Under the pieces are notes generated by a model, which saw only the letters and a list, made by a program, of their open reading frames with translations, was not told the DNA's origin and did no database searches. Of a stretch of 64,000 bases of DNA, positions 11,810 to 24,339 are shown one piece after another (positions within the stretch are counted from its first letter, which is position 1; the number at the start of each line of letters is the position of its first letter). The stretch lies in assembly GCA_001949185.1 (NCBI GenBank), contig BDGG01000008.1:558001-622000 (forward strand). Reading direction: 5' to 3'. Made by a program: the position numbers and the translations under genes. Source of the stretch: Ramazzottius varieornatus (Eukaryota; Animalia; Tardigrada).

Positions 11810-14242
11810 GGGAAGACGATCCGCGCAAATTCATAAGAAACGTCCCATTTCAATTGCTTGGTCAAAGTTGGTTTCCAGATAAACAGTTGAAGCGTTCAGT
11901 TTAGATTTTTCATTAGTCTTTTTATGGCGAATACTAACCTGAAAACAAGAGGAGACAAAACGATCGTGAAAAATTGATTGGGTGATTGAAGAACACAAGA
12001 TGGATGTTTTCAAAGTCCTCGCGAATCAATCGTCGACCATGAACGAACTAGGGACCATTCAAAAACCGGTATGATACAGTGAGTTCTTCTGTGTTATAGC
12101 GAGCAATTTACCTGAAAATGGATGGTCTTGTGCACGCACTATCGCACGATGGAAACGCTTTGACAGCCTTGCGAACAAAGCGCGAAAAGGCAAAACCGGT
12201 TTCCCAAGGTTCAAGCCTCACGATGCCAAAAGAACCAAAATATTCACGTGCACCATTGCACGTACACACCTGCGACATTAGCCACGAAATTACATTCCAT
12301 TCTGTCCATAGACAACACAAGCCATCCTAGTCTTGGTATCAACCCACGAACAAGTCAGTCAGAAGTCCTCGCAACAAACAGCTTGCAGTGTCACATTTAT
12401 GCCTACCTCGACGATTAGAGTACTCTACGGAAGCAAGAAAAGGCTCATAAAAATCGACCCTACCTTCAAGGACAAAAATACCTACTAGTAAACACACAGG
12501 AAGGATTGAAGGCCTTGGTTGTTGGTACTTCACCAAGGCTCTCCACGCAGTTCTCTCTATCCACCCACGCAAGTCCCTTGCCTTGGTTAAACGGGTCAAC
12601 AAACACACGTAAAACCCAGAAGACGATAACAAAAATCGCTTCGACACATCGTGGATGTCTGCCAAGCTTCGAGGCACCCTCCAACATAACCAATTACCAT
12701 CGTGATATCTTACACATCAAGATCAACGAACGAGGTTCATATACTCACACCCAGACTACGCTTAGTACGAACTCCTCTTGTAACATAATAGAGGTTCCTG
12801 GGTCGACGCTGGTTGTCCTGGTACTACGTTTCCCGGAGTGCATGAGCTAACTTCCGGCTCCCGCTAGACGACCTTGTCAACTGTCTCACTTCTGTTGCAA
12901 CGAATTTAGATCAACAGTATCAGGTAGTTTCAACGAGAACACCTCTCGCGTGCATCCTTGCTTGAACCGAATACCATGCTAACGCAAAGGCTAGCCTATA
13001 CCTTTGAACAGGCATCAAAACTTGTTTCCTACATACAGTGTCACTTCCATAATACAGCATGAATTTCACAATAGGGTTCAAGCCTATTAAGCAATGTGGA
13101 AATGAGCCCCTTTTCCCCTTGATATCCAGCGAAGAGTATCCGGTCATCTTACTAAACGCTAGACAGAGCCTTTGGTAACGCCATGTTCAATGTCCAGCGC
13201 CTCAGAGCTTTGCAGCGGCCAAGTGCAATCTGGACATCTTGCTGGTCCAGCGAGACAAACAAGACTATCATCCGCAAAATCGCCATTCGCCACAGATAAC
13301 CCGTTGGGCGCATAGTCTATTTTACGGATCGAGATTAGACAAGCAACCTTACTGCAGTGGTAAAGCGTTCAGCCCTTACCCAAGAATCTTTCCACCAATC
13401 CATGGAAGTTAGGCTTCACCCACAGAAGCAACTGCAAAGTAGTCCAAGTTATTCCATCGAGTCAATGATCAACCAACCACCAACAACAATAACAAAGACA
13501 AGGGTCTCTCAAAGTCTCCACAGTTGAGCACAGTTGAGTCTGGGACATCACAGGATGGGCATCTCAAAGGGTAAATGTTGTGTAAGACATATCTGAATGC
13601 CTCGTTGTAGGTTGCCTTGGTCTCGTTTCCTCATGCTTGTAAATTTTCTATGTCGGTAAGCAAGTACTGTACAGTCTCGTACGAAAAGCAGAGAAAGAGC
13701 CGCTTTCACAGTGCAAATACCGTGCATACGGTTTATTCTGCCAAAGAGTCACGAGGCCATTAGAGCAAGCACAGCTAGTGGAGCAACTGACCAAAACGTG
13801 CCCTCAATCCGTTGTACCCATCGACCAGCACAACTCTGCTCACACTGCTCTCGTCTATGCTTCAATGTCCGTCCATTTCTCACCAGGCCATCGGCTATAC
13901 AAGGGTTATATTACCACAAGACAGACATTCATTTCTGCACTACCAAAGCTGCATACACACAGTTTCGAACAGTTGCTGGGAAAGCAATATTCGGTCATGA
14001 TCGGTGTATAAGAAGAGCAGCCTGACTCGCCCTGGACCATTACATTTCACAGAGTGTTTGCGGTCACTCGGCCAACTGAGACCAAAAGATACTCGAGATC
14101 GACAGATTGCTGTTCGATCGATATTATGCGACAGCTTCTTGGGAATTTCTGTACCAAGGTGGTTCTGGCTCCCGCCCCTCAACTGCAACTGTACTAACAA
14201 GATGGATACACTCAATACACCCAATATGTCAGTAATACTTTC

Positions 14243-14289
14243 GAGTGGCGCACATTTCTATTGTTATTGGCTGGAAAGGTGCGCCGCTC
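14243..14289. mobile_element. Foldback/MITE-like element core
   Basis: gagtggcgcac-N25-gtgcgccgctc. Confidence 0.7.
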
Positions 14290-15867
14290 AAGGTAGCGAT
14301 CTTGTACGTCATCTATGCCCAGTATTCCTATCATACTAAAATGAATAAGCGCTGACTACTGCCTAGTGAAAGCGCGGGTTCGTGGAAACAGCGTCGACGT
14401 CGCTTCGTGACGAATGCGCCTTTCGGCAAGAGCGAAATCAGCTGAGGACCTCGAAGTTCCTGGAAGAAGGTCTCGTAAAGGTTTGTTATTGTCCACAGTA
14501 TACAATATGCAAATGGAAACTGAAACTATGCCCTGGAATCCCGTTAGACCTGAAGCCTCGCTGAAGTGTATAGAATTACGTAACTGGTCATGAGCATGCA
14601 TGTCATCTTGATGGGATCCGGAAGCAAGTTGGAGGCGGAAGAGGATGGAGAAGCTTATGCAACGCGGCGGTATGACATGCGGAGACCCTCGATGGGATGG
14701 GACCTAGATGAGCCTTATCTCAAGGTTATTCACATCGCCCAGCATCATGCGCCTGAAATCTCTTCCCTTCACTCGAGCGCAAAGGGCAAATGCTCCCGTT
14801 TATGCAACAGTCACACAAGGACAATTACATAAGGGTCTATACAGGTCCCTGTCGCACTGTAACGCCCCCGTCATCAATCAATAAGACGAAAAGGTCAAAA
14901 TAACATCCGCGGATGATGAGACGGTATTTAGTCAGTGTATACCTGCTGATCATGAATGGGGATCGTACAAGAAGGATCACTTTACGGCTTCCTTTCAATT
15001 ACAGTCTGCGGAAGGAAGACCTTCATTAGGGAAAGATCTGCTGCGGGTCCCCCATTCAGATTACTAGCAAGCCTTTGACCGGTACCAAACTCAACCAAGA
15101 TGACGTCACCAAATCAGGAGATTGGCCTGGAATATATGCGAAGAATTCGCGATCTATCAAAATCTAAAACCAGACATACCTATTGATCGCGCAAATCCTT
15201 TATCATCAGAAAATCATACAAAAAGAGCTAAAAATATTTGCGGGTTCCAAAAAGACAACCACACCCTTTCCGTCGCGTAAAATACAGCAATCAAGACAGG
15301 ATCTCAGATAACTAAAAGATTTTTTGGTGTCACTCACCACGTACATGATGTTTAGTCAAGATTCACCTGCATAATCGCCGTATTTGACAACAAAAACTTT
15401 TAGCTACAATCTCGTAAAAAGGCATAATCTCAATTATTGACATTTTAGGTTAACCCGTGATTGCATTGAGCAATGTTATATAGGACTACACATTTCATAT
15501 AAGCCTGAGTATATGTTCGACTTCGCAATGATATATTATCGTTGGCCGAACGATGAAAGAGTGAACTTGTCCGCTGTTCGTTTGCCGCTTTCGAAGATTA
15601 TTCTGACCTAATGACCCTGCCGCGAGCGCCACTGTGCCAACCGTACAATAGAATTCCTCCGTATACATGCTTCCACCAAGCATCCATACGGTCCACCCAA
15701 CTTACGTCCATACGGTAGCACAATTCCGCTAAAAATCCCCGTTTGATTTTAGAGTGCAAAAGTTTCGTTAACTTCAGATTGATTACTGGGCGGAAGGAGG
15801 ATCCTTCGTAAATACACCAGGAAATAATGAAGATATCGGCAAAGGAACTGGACAGGATCGTTACTCC

Positions 15868-15914
15868 AAGTGGTGCACGTTATGATTGTTATCGGCTGCA
15901 TAGGTGCGCCACTT
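15868..15914. mobile_element. Foldback/MITE-like element core (right arm extends to ~15957)
   Basis: aagtggtgcac-N25-gtgcgccactt followed by tgaaaaacgatcgtgtttgagtcatttgccgacttcccagttc. Confidence 0.72.
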
Positions 15915-18900
15915 TGAAAAACGATCGTGTTTGAGTCATTTGCCGACTTCCCAGTTCAGCCGAATTCAATGTCCATATCGAACACTCGATTCCTACAAAC
16001 ACGAGTTACACTGGTGTATACAGTGATTACCTCTGAGTTCTCCCAGGATCAAAGTCACACACAGACTTTATTAATTGTGATGGCTGTTTCCGGGACGAGC
16101 AACCAATGCGGAAATGATCACGAGCACTATATCGGCGTGAAACAATCGCCGTCGGCCAAGATAAAGTCCCCAAGGTAAGGAAGTACCGTGTCCCAAGTCG
16201 GAGGAGATCTAGACAAAGATCCGAAAACGGGTAAGGTCCTTCCAGAGTCGAGAGAAGTCGACGTCCTTGTGGAACTTCAGAAGACTCGAAGTTTAGTTTT
16301 GCCAAGAAAGTAAAGAATATTCGACTAGACTCTGCTTTTTCACGGTCAACTTCAACTGGTTGTGTAATGCCGATAAATGAAATAACTTTTCTTCATCATC
16401 AATACGCACCACCCGACGATCAAGGCAGTTTTGCAGTCCTACAAGGTAAGCCGACTCGGCCGGGAAACTTCTTGGCAAGGAAAGCTGTACGTTGGCCTCG
16501 GCCAATGTTGCTCGAAATAGAGACGATGAGGGTACACTAATAGCCAATTTGACAGATTTGTGCAGTACGCGCGAGTCGCCGTTAATGCTCTCCACTGTGT
16601 TGGGCAACACTAAGAACCTAAGTATCTACCGTGCTGACGATCGTGTCTACTGAAACGATATGGACAAGTACCCGCATAAAAAACTTTTCTTTTCATTGCC
16701 GCCGCGACTCCTTATATAACACACTGGCCACACATCGGCAATAACCGTGACACTGATTATCGAACGCGGAAGGACTCGCTTTCGATCACCAGGTTGGAGA
16801 ACCGGTTGCTTGTGTGGTTCGTCACTGCGCTCACGTTTCAGTGCCGCCATTACTTTGAAAGACCCTCTTTGATACCCCCGAGTAACGCGCCAAGATTTCA
16901 GCGGTCCTTGTAGATGGCTGAAATAATATTTTGGCACCCGGAAATGCCGAACAGCCCACAGACAAGTCCATAAGAAAACCTATCCAGATAATGTCGCAGG
17001 GCCGAAGTTTGAAGCCAGGGATCAGGGTGACAAAGTTTATCGCCGCGGACCCGCGCAAAGGTTCGTCTTGCAGCATCTTGTTCACATAACCGCAGAAAGC
17101 TCCGAAACCCATATTCAAAGACTCGGTCGATGTCAGCTGGCAAGTCACTGGGAAGAACCGCAGCGTTCCTTCTCCCGAAGGAGCCATCTCTTCATTGTGC
17201 TCGATGAACTGGCGCACCCGAGACCATCACGACCTGGGAAAGCTCTTCAATAGCTTGCACCAAGTCACCGGGGGAAAAACCAGCTGCGGTACTCTAGCAG
17301 AAAAATAGCGCTTTTTTCTAGCTCGAGGAAAATCAGAAAAAAGCAGAATGTCCAATTGTAAAATCAGCCAGCAGAAAGAAGCCTTCACAGCTAGTCAACC
17401 TTCCAGCACATTTCAAGGACACGCGCTTCGCTAACGAACCCTTCAAGGTCTTGGCCAAGCTGCCTTAAACGGTGAAGAAGAAAGTCTGTGAAGTAAACAT
17501 CAACAGAGCGCTTAGAAAAACCTGTTCGACGTGGATCATTCTCTCACGCACTGCCGGCAACTTCGGCAAGTAAGGGAAGGTTCGCCAAACGCCGGAACCT
17601 CAGTGGTTCTTCAAGTGGGTTCTTCACAAACTTTCTCTATGCAAAGCACAGCAGATTTTTGCACTCTGTACGGTTAGGGTATATCCAATGTCGGCTGTCA
17701 ACCCCAGATTGCTCAGCTAAACGTCAGCAAGGAATAAACTTCCTTATTGACACAACTCGGAGACGCATTAGACTAACGGTAAAAATGCATCCGCAGAAGT
17801 CACCTTGAAAACTTGCAATGTGAAACACATGGTACTCAGCACTTCTGTCCTGCAAGCTGTATATACAGTTCATTGGTTCCCTCCGTCATTGCTAAATCGA
17901 TAGAAATGTAGATCTCTGTTTCAATGATGCCATAACTGTAAACAGTCATTAAAAAATCACCCTTCCCGATAAACAACGGATCGCCCAGGTCCCCCACTTT
18001 CAGAAATTCTTCAGTCTTTCCACATCGCAACCCACACCAAAGACATTCGCATCAACGAAAACACGCACACATCAACTAAAGTTAAGCCAGGCGGATTCGA
18101 GTCCGGTATTTTGGTTCAAAATTTTGAAATCGATCTTGTTCGTTAAAATTTCATTACAGTACACGCTGATATAGACTCACCGCCCAAAAACCATGTGATG
18201 AATTTCAAGATCAAGTACTGTCTACGTCCACGCAATGGTAAGAGGCTTGCTTCGATGGCGAGGACCATCAAATCCTGTTGCACTCTGCCGTATGCTCATG
18301 GCACCTCAAAGCGTTATGCAAGAGAAAGCTACACGTCGGAAGTTGCAGAGAGGCGATTACGCGATGACGTGATCATTACAGCTTCACGCAAGTTTCACTT
18401 CAACCTTGGAAGAGCCGTCGAAGTAGCCGTTACAACCTCAAGAACAGTTTTTAGTAAATAACCCTACTACATATAGGACATAAAACTCACCGATAGTTTG
18501 CAGGGAACTCTTTACAGGATTCTCTAGGCGCTCATCGCACGTGCTGGGGCCAATGCTCGGTGGTGATTCCCGGAAATGGAAGATCCACAATGCTGGGTGA
18601 GCCTAAAAAGAGAGGAAGAAATCAATATACGCCAGCGGAAATGCGGTGTCTTCGTCAAGGTCAACTAAAGCGTCCCTGGGTTGAATCATTGCCAGCATAT
18701 CTTGGAGGCAATGAACTTTCTTGCGATGAACCCGATCGATCGTTTATGCAGCTAGATATTTTGTACATTGAATGGCATTCCTTCGTCCTGCAAAGCGCTG
18801 AGTGCGGCTTGATTTATCGATATGCTGACTGCTGTATTATCCAGTTTACTTTCAAGGTCCAATAATAATCAAGGACCGCTTCCTTAGCCAACGAAAACCC

Positions 18901-21021
18901 ACACTGCATCAACGAGCCTAATCGCTGTCGTACTAGAGAGTCGTAACCGAATTCACCCGTGGCGCAATCAGCAATACGGTTGTTGCGTACTCGAATTCAA
19001 GTATCCAAGCTGACTTACTGTACCAACTGTCGATTGTTCAACTTTGCAGCCCTCCGATAGCGTAATTAGAAGCACGATTCGCCCTTCCTTTCCTCCACAT
19101 TGAAGTCGAAAGTGACCAAGTTTCTGTAAATGCAGAATTAGTGTTGTTACAATCGAAGTAAATCTGATCTGCCCTTGAAAACTGAAACGAACCTCGAAGC
19201 TTCCATGTCATCGACGAATTCTTGTTCCTCCAGATGCAGTCACTGGACCGAGTTGGACAACAGCAGGACTAGCTGAAAACCTGCTAGAATTTCCACTACG
19301 CGTACGTCGAATTTAGGCACAGCGACGTTGCTTACCTGCCGAGGAGCTTGTTTTGTGAGGTAAAGAAATAGCCGTTAGCTGCAGTATCGGCGCCGAGATG
19401 CACAGACTCCAGCCATACTTCTCATGCTTTCCTGTTGTACGATCCAGACATCTTCGAGGTCGATAGATGCGACGGATGGCAAATGCATAAGATGACGAAA
19501 AGCAGAAACTCAAGGTACTCGTATTGAAAGGGCTGCTAAAGGGGGCCTTGCTGGGAGCAAAATTATTTGGTTGATATTATTATTTTTGATATCATATTAT
19601 TTGATTATTATATTATTTGATTGATGGCATGCTGTGCCGCAAGAAGGGCGGAGTTATGAGTGTGTCGTCATCTAAACTCGTCGTCAGTGGAGGAAACGTG
19701 GCCATGGCCGCCATGCTGTCTCTTTTGCCTGACGGGGGCGAAGTCCCTTCTTTTCCAGCGATGCTGGTATCATGCGATTTCTATAGAAACGACACACAGA
19801 GCGTTCGAAAGCGCAAAAGAGATCCTCGAAAAGCAGACAACCTCGCAGTCAGTAATGGGCGTTGCGAGTAGGCGGGTGGATCACGAATCTCATGAACTTG
19901 CACTGTCCAAATAAGCCTTATTCTAATCAATCGAAGCCGAAATCGCACAATAGATCATTTTGATACGGAGCGCCCTGCGAGCTGATTTTAGTATAATATT
20001 TTCAGCTCTGGCGTCCATCTAATTTAACACTAAAGAAATATCCTGCCTCGGTCCACGCACCTAATGAACGTAACTATGATATATCAGATGCAGAAAGCAT
20101 CTAATAAGTTTGATATAACATAATGTTCATATTGCTCACATCGCTACTCAAGGTTTGTGAACGGGACTATTTTCGTACGAGGTCACGGGCAAAAAGTTAA
20201 ACCCGGCGTGGTGGCAGTCTAACTTAGTGTTGTCGTAGTTCGATGGGATTTTTGGGCAGGAGCTGTCGTTGCAGAGCTGGTCTTGTTCGTAAGTTTGTGT
20301 TTGAACCCCTCTGCTGAACTTTGCCCAGTGAACGACAAAGTACAACATTAGTGGAGATAAGCTTGTGAATGGGATGTGACTGAGGAAAAGCAAGAGTAGG
20401 TCACAAAAGAAGTAGAGAAGGCTATAGCATTGCATTCTGAGTCACAGGGAGTAATTCAATGGTTGGGAACTTGGGATACGCGCTGCCATCATCCCAGTTC
20501 CCGTTTTCCTCCCTTTTAGCCTCCTTCGGCGGCAACAGTACTCGTTAGGTTGCCGCCCCGCGAATTGTTATGTCAATATCAGTTCGAATTTCGGAATAAT
20601 TTTTTGATTCTCGGCACGAAATCTCGTGGTCAATAAATAATCAAAGTCGTTTGATTAGTGCGGTTAACCGTTTTGCCGTTGACCGAAATGCAAAACGACT
20701 GTTCGAGTCGCGACTTTACACGACTTAAGTCGCGACTAACGTTTAGTAAACCGAACTACGACAACACTATGGCAGTTGCGGTACTGGCTATAAGGTAATA
20801 TGTTATACTGTATGACATGACACAACATGAAATGTTCTGGTTCTGAAGTTTTCGTTTTCCGTTTTCTAAACTCCAAAGTTTCTTCCTTCGGGTCGTCTTC
20901 CTACGCGCTCATAACGCAAAGCTTTCTCTAGTGTGGGCCTGTGACCTAGGTGGGAGCGTTCTTCGCACCAGACGACTGTGCCGTGTCCGACCGGAATTTG
21001 GAAAAGTAGACATCTCGGAGG

Positions 21022-21785
21022 ATGGAGCAGCGCACCACAGCACAACAGCTAGAGGAATTTCGACGTCGCAAGGCACGGGAAATGACGATAATTAAAGCTA
21101 AACCCAGTACACCACTGCCTTCGATGGACAATAAGCTGCTCGCTGTCCCAGGGTCCCCTATAACCACCGAAAGCCCAACATCGAAAGCAGACACGCGCAA
21201 GATGGACGGATGCCACGAGCGTCGGGACCAACAAGTTTGTATGCCAGTGTGGTGGACCAGATTGTCGACGTGGATGTATAACGCGGTAAGGCTATGAGAT
21301 GGCAGTGTTTGAACTCTGAAGTGGGGCTATTATTGATAATACCGAATAATGATGTGTTTTGTGTGTTGAAGGTAATGCCCGATCATATCTTAGGAAATCC
21401 GGCCAACAATGGGCCATCCCATTCAACGGAAAACCTCAGCGGACCAGAGGATAACGAGGAGACAGAAGTCGTGAACCTTGCGGACCAGAGCTCCTCCACT
21501 GTACCAGTTACAACGACCCAGAGGATTCAGCTGTCCCTCCATTCCGTTTACCTATGGTGGATATTGGCCTGGATATGTGGTTGGGCGCTAGCTATCAGAT
21601 ATGGATGGGGTGCTGTGTACTTCAGTCTTTCCGTCTTGCTAGTGATATGGAAGAGCTTAGAAAGGTCCCGACGCCGGAAGCGCGGAGAACGCAGTGCGTA
21701 CTCGGTGTTCAACGAGAATTGTGAACGCATCGAAGGGACGTTGGATGCTGAACAGTTACAGCGGACCATGTTTCTCGGGATCTGA
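21022..21785 (+). CDS. SAYSD1: SAYSvFN-domain membrane protein
   Basis: Exons 21022-21285 and 21372-21785 (phase 0). Hydrophobic hairpin followed by GERSAYSVFNENCERIEGTLDAEQL. Confidence 0.92.
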
Positions 21786-21999
21786 AAGAGGCCTTGTAGT
21801 ATAGAGCCGTGCGACACTTCCGCTTGTTTACTCTATGTTGCTACAAAGGACGAACTAACGGACCGCCGTCTGGTAGTTGTGATATTTTCTAAAATTTATG
21901 GTGGTGAAACAAACAGCTTCGTACAAACAAGGATACCCATAATTCACTTTCAAGCTTACTTATAAGAAAACATAAATATCGAAAGTCAGTTAGAGTCAA

Positions 22000-23566
22000 T
22001 TACTGGTTAGGCTGAACTTCCTTATGGATAGCCGACACAAACGCCGCAGAGCTGTCTTTCAGTTTTCCTTGTAACGCCTCGGCCATCTGCATCTTACTGA
22101 GGCTCTGAGCTGAGAACTGTCCAATCTTGTCGCAGTATTGGCTAACCTGCGCAGCAGTAAGAACGATGTCCGCCCTGGGTGAATCGGGGAAAGGACGAGG
22201 AAACATCTGGTTGATTTCGTCCTCCGTTAAGAGGGGCTCTCCCTTTGCTTGCCGCTGGGCATTCTGCAACACCGAACAGTTGGTCAAACATCGTCTCACA
22301 TTGTACCAAGAGCAGTTACCTTTCGTTGCACGATACGGATCCTGTCAGACTGAAGACGCTGGATTCGCTTCTGGTGATTGGTCAACTTAGCGTTCTCCGA
22401 CAGAAGATGATCGACTCCTTCCAACAGTAATCCGACGTTCTTCTCGAGAATGTTACTACGGAAAATGGTCGATACACACAACAGTGAAACAATCATGATC
22501 AAGCAAGAGCGATTTCTGTTTATCAAAACCACGCATCGCTGACATAGGAAGGAGAGTGAAGTCCCGAGCCTAGACACTACTGACCACACGCGTACCTGGT
22601 GGATAGGTCGAGGAACGGACGTTTGTTGGGCGATGGGGCTATAACTTCCAGCTCGCTCAACATAGCATTAACGAAGTGGCTGTTCTTGATACGGATGGGA
22701 ATCTCTTGGAATAAGGTCTCTACGTTGATCTTGGCTTGTCGAACGCTACGAAGAAAGACAACTAATTACTAACTAATTCAACCACCAACTAGCCACAATC
22801 CCGGACGCGTACCTTTCCATGGAGAATTCTAGTCCATCTTTCTTGACTATATTCATGATCTCGGGACCGAGGCGATAGGCCTTTAACGTCAGCAAACCTT
22901 GAGATGTTCGCACTGGGTCGTAAATCAAGACGACGGATTCTTCCACGGCGGACTGGTACGCGTACTGCGCCTCGAAGACTTCGCGATTCAAAAACGAGCC
23001 AAATACGGCGCTCTTATACCATCCCACAACCATATTATCGATACCTTGTTGGCGCAGACGGCGATTCATCTCGTCCGAGTAATCTGCAACAAATTCCCGT
23101 TAGAGCTAACAATCAACACACAATCAAAGACACCAAAGTAGCCAGTACCCGCCACGCTGAGCTTAATCAACTATGATCTATGCGTGTTCATATTTCGCAC
23201 TCCGGGATGACATTCGGTACGCGTAGGAACATGTCACTTTCAACAGCCTACCGTCCGCTTCCTGATCCGTAGTCTCGCCTCGCAGTGAGGGATAAGCATA
23301 TGTTATTTCCAGACGTTCTGCTTCGAGTAGACCGCATAGATAACCCTCAGCATGTTCACCGAGACTTCGCAGTTCCTCGCACTGCTTGATGATTTGCATC
23401 ACGACCTACATAGCACAATCACACGGTTATTTCTCGTTGTTACAGACATCCACAAATGACCGAAAGGTCTAGAGAACATCAAGCCTACCAAAGCGTTCAG
23501 CTGAACAATTTGAGCCGGGCTCTCATCAGCGCGTCCAGGACCATCGAGATCTCTCCTTGTAGCCAT
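22000..23566 (-). CDS. eIF3h: Translation initiation factor eIF3 subunit H (MPN domain)
   Basis: Multi-exon. Motifs: VQLNAL, MQIIKQCEE, VVGWY, QYAYQSAVEESVVLIYDPVRTSQGLLTLKAYRL, IPIRIKNSHFVNAMLSEL, NAQRQAKGEPLL, FSAQSLSK. Confidence 0.93.
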
Positions 23567-24339
23567 GTTTCTATCGCAGCACAAGAATTCTCAGAGAAAA
23601 CAACAGCTCTCCTTGAGCAATATTCCTGGAAAACAACTTGGACAAGTTAAGCAATCGAAATCTGTTCTGGAGTCTGGACGAAGATTAGTTCAGACCGGCC
23701 GACTTCCGTTGTTGTACAGTGTACGTGTTGTAAGATTGGAACTTCAATCGCGAATTGCGAAATCTGGTCCAAGAGATTTCTGATTCATGCCAAATTCATG
23801 GCGGGCCGGAGAGGTCGCCCTGCAAAACGATGACCAATCAATCGATCCGTGCTATCATCAATTTAATGACGTGATTGTGATGCTGTCAAGCCATGAGGTG
23901 GTGCCCCAACGGTGGCCGGAAATTATGGAATTATGAAATTATGAAGTTACGGCCTTATCGGAGCGCTGCTTTATGAACTTATGAACTGTGAAGTTGTATC
24001 ACTTCCATTCAATCCGCTGGTGTGAGCTCACCGAGCTGTGCTCTCTCTTGTATGTGCGAGCTCCGCGGATTGTAAGTCTCAAGTTAGCAAAGTGGTTGAA
24101 GTCTGCCTCCGAAGAATGCAGCTCTCTTTGACGGTTCAATGTTCCTTGTTATGACCGTAAATGCGATGTTCTTTTTATAGCCGCATCGCCAAGAAAGCCT
24201 CGGATCCGGGATTAGTCTGTATGCGGAACGTGCATTGAGGTGGGATGCTGACCCTGCAACCCCTCTTCACGGTGCTTCCTGATGAATGACCATTCGGAAT
24301 AATTTCTTACTGGATACCTATCAGCAGAATATCGTGAAG

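Noticed and set aside
12104-12122. ccattttcag|gtaaat on the - strand as a recursive splice site upstream of EcR
   Set aside because: Cannot be distinguished from an ordinary exon donor or a chance match without RNA data.
13345-13400. tRNA A-box-like agtggtaaagcg (and B-box-like ggattcgagtcc at ~18093)
   Set aside because: No cloverleaf and no correctly spaced partner box.
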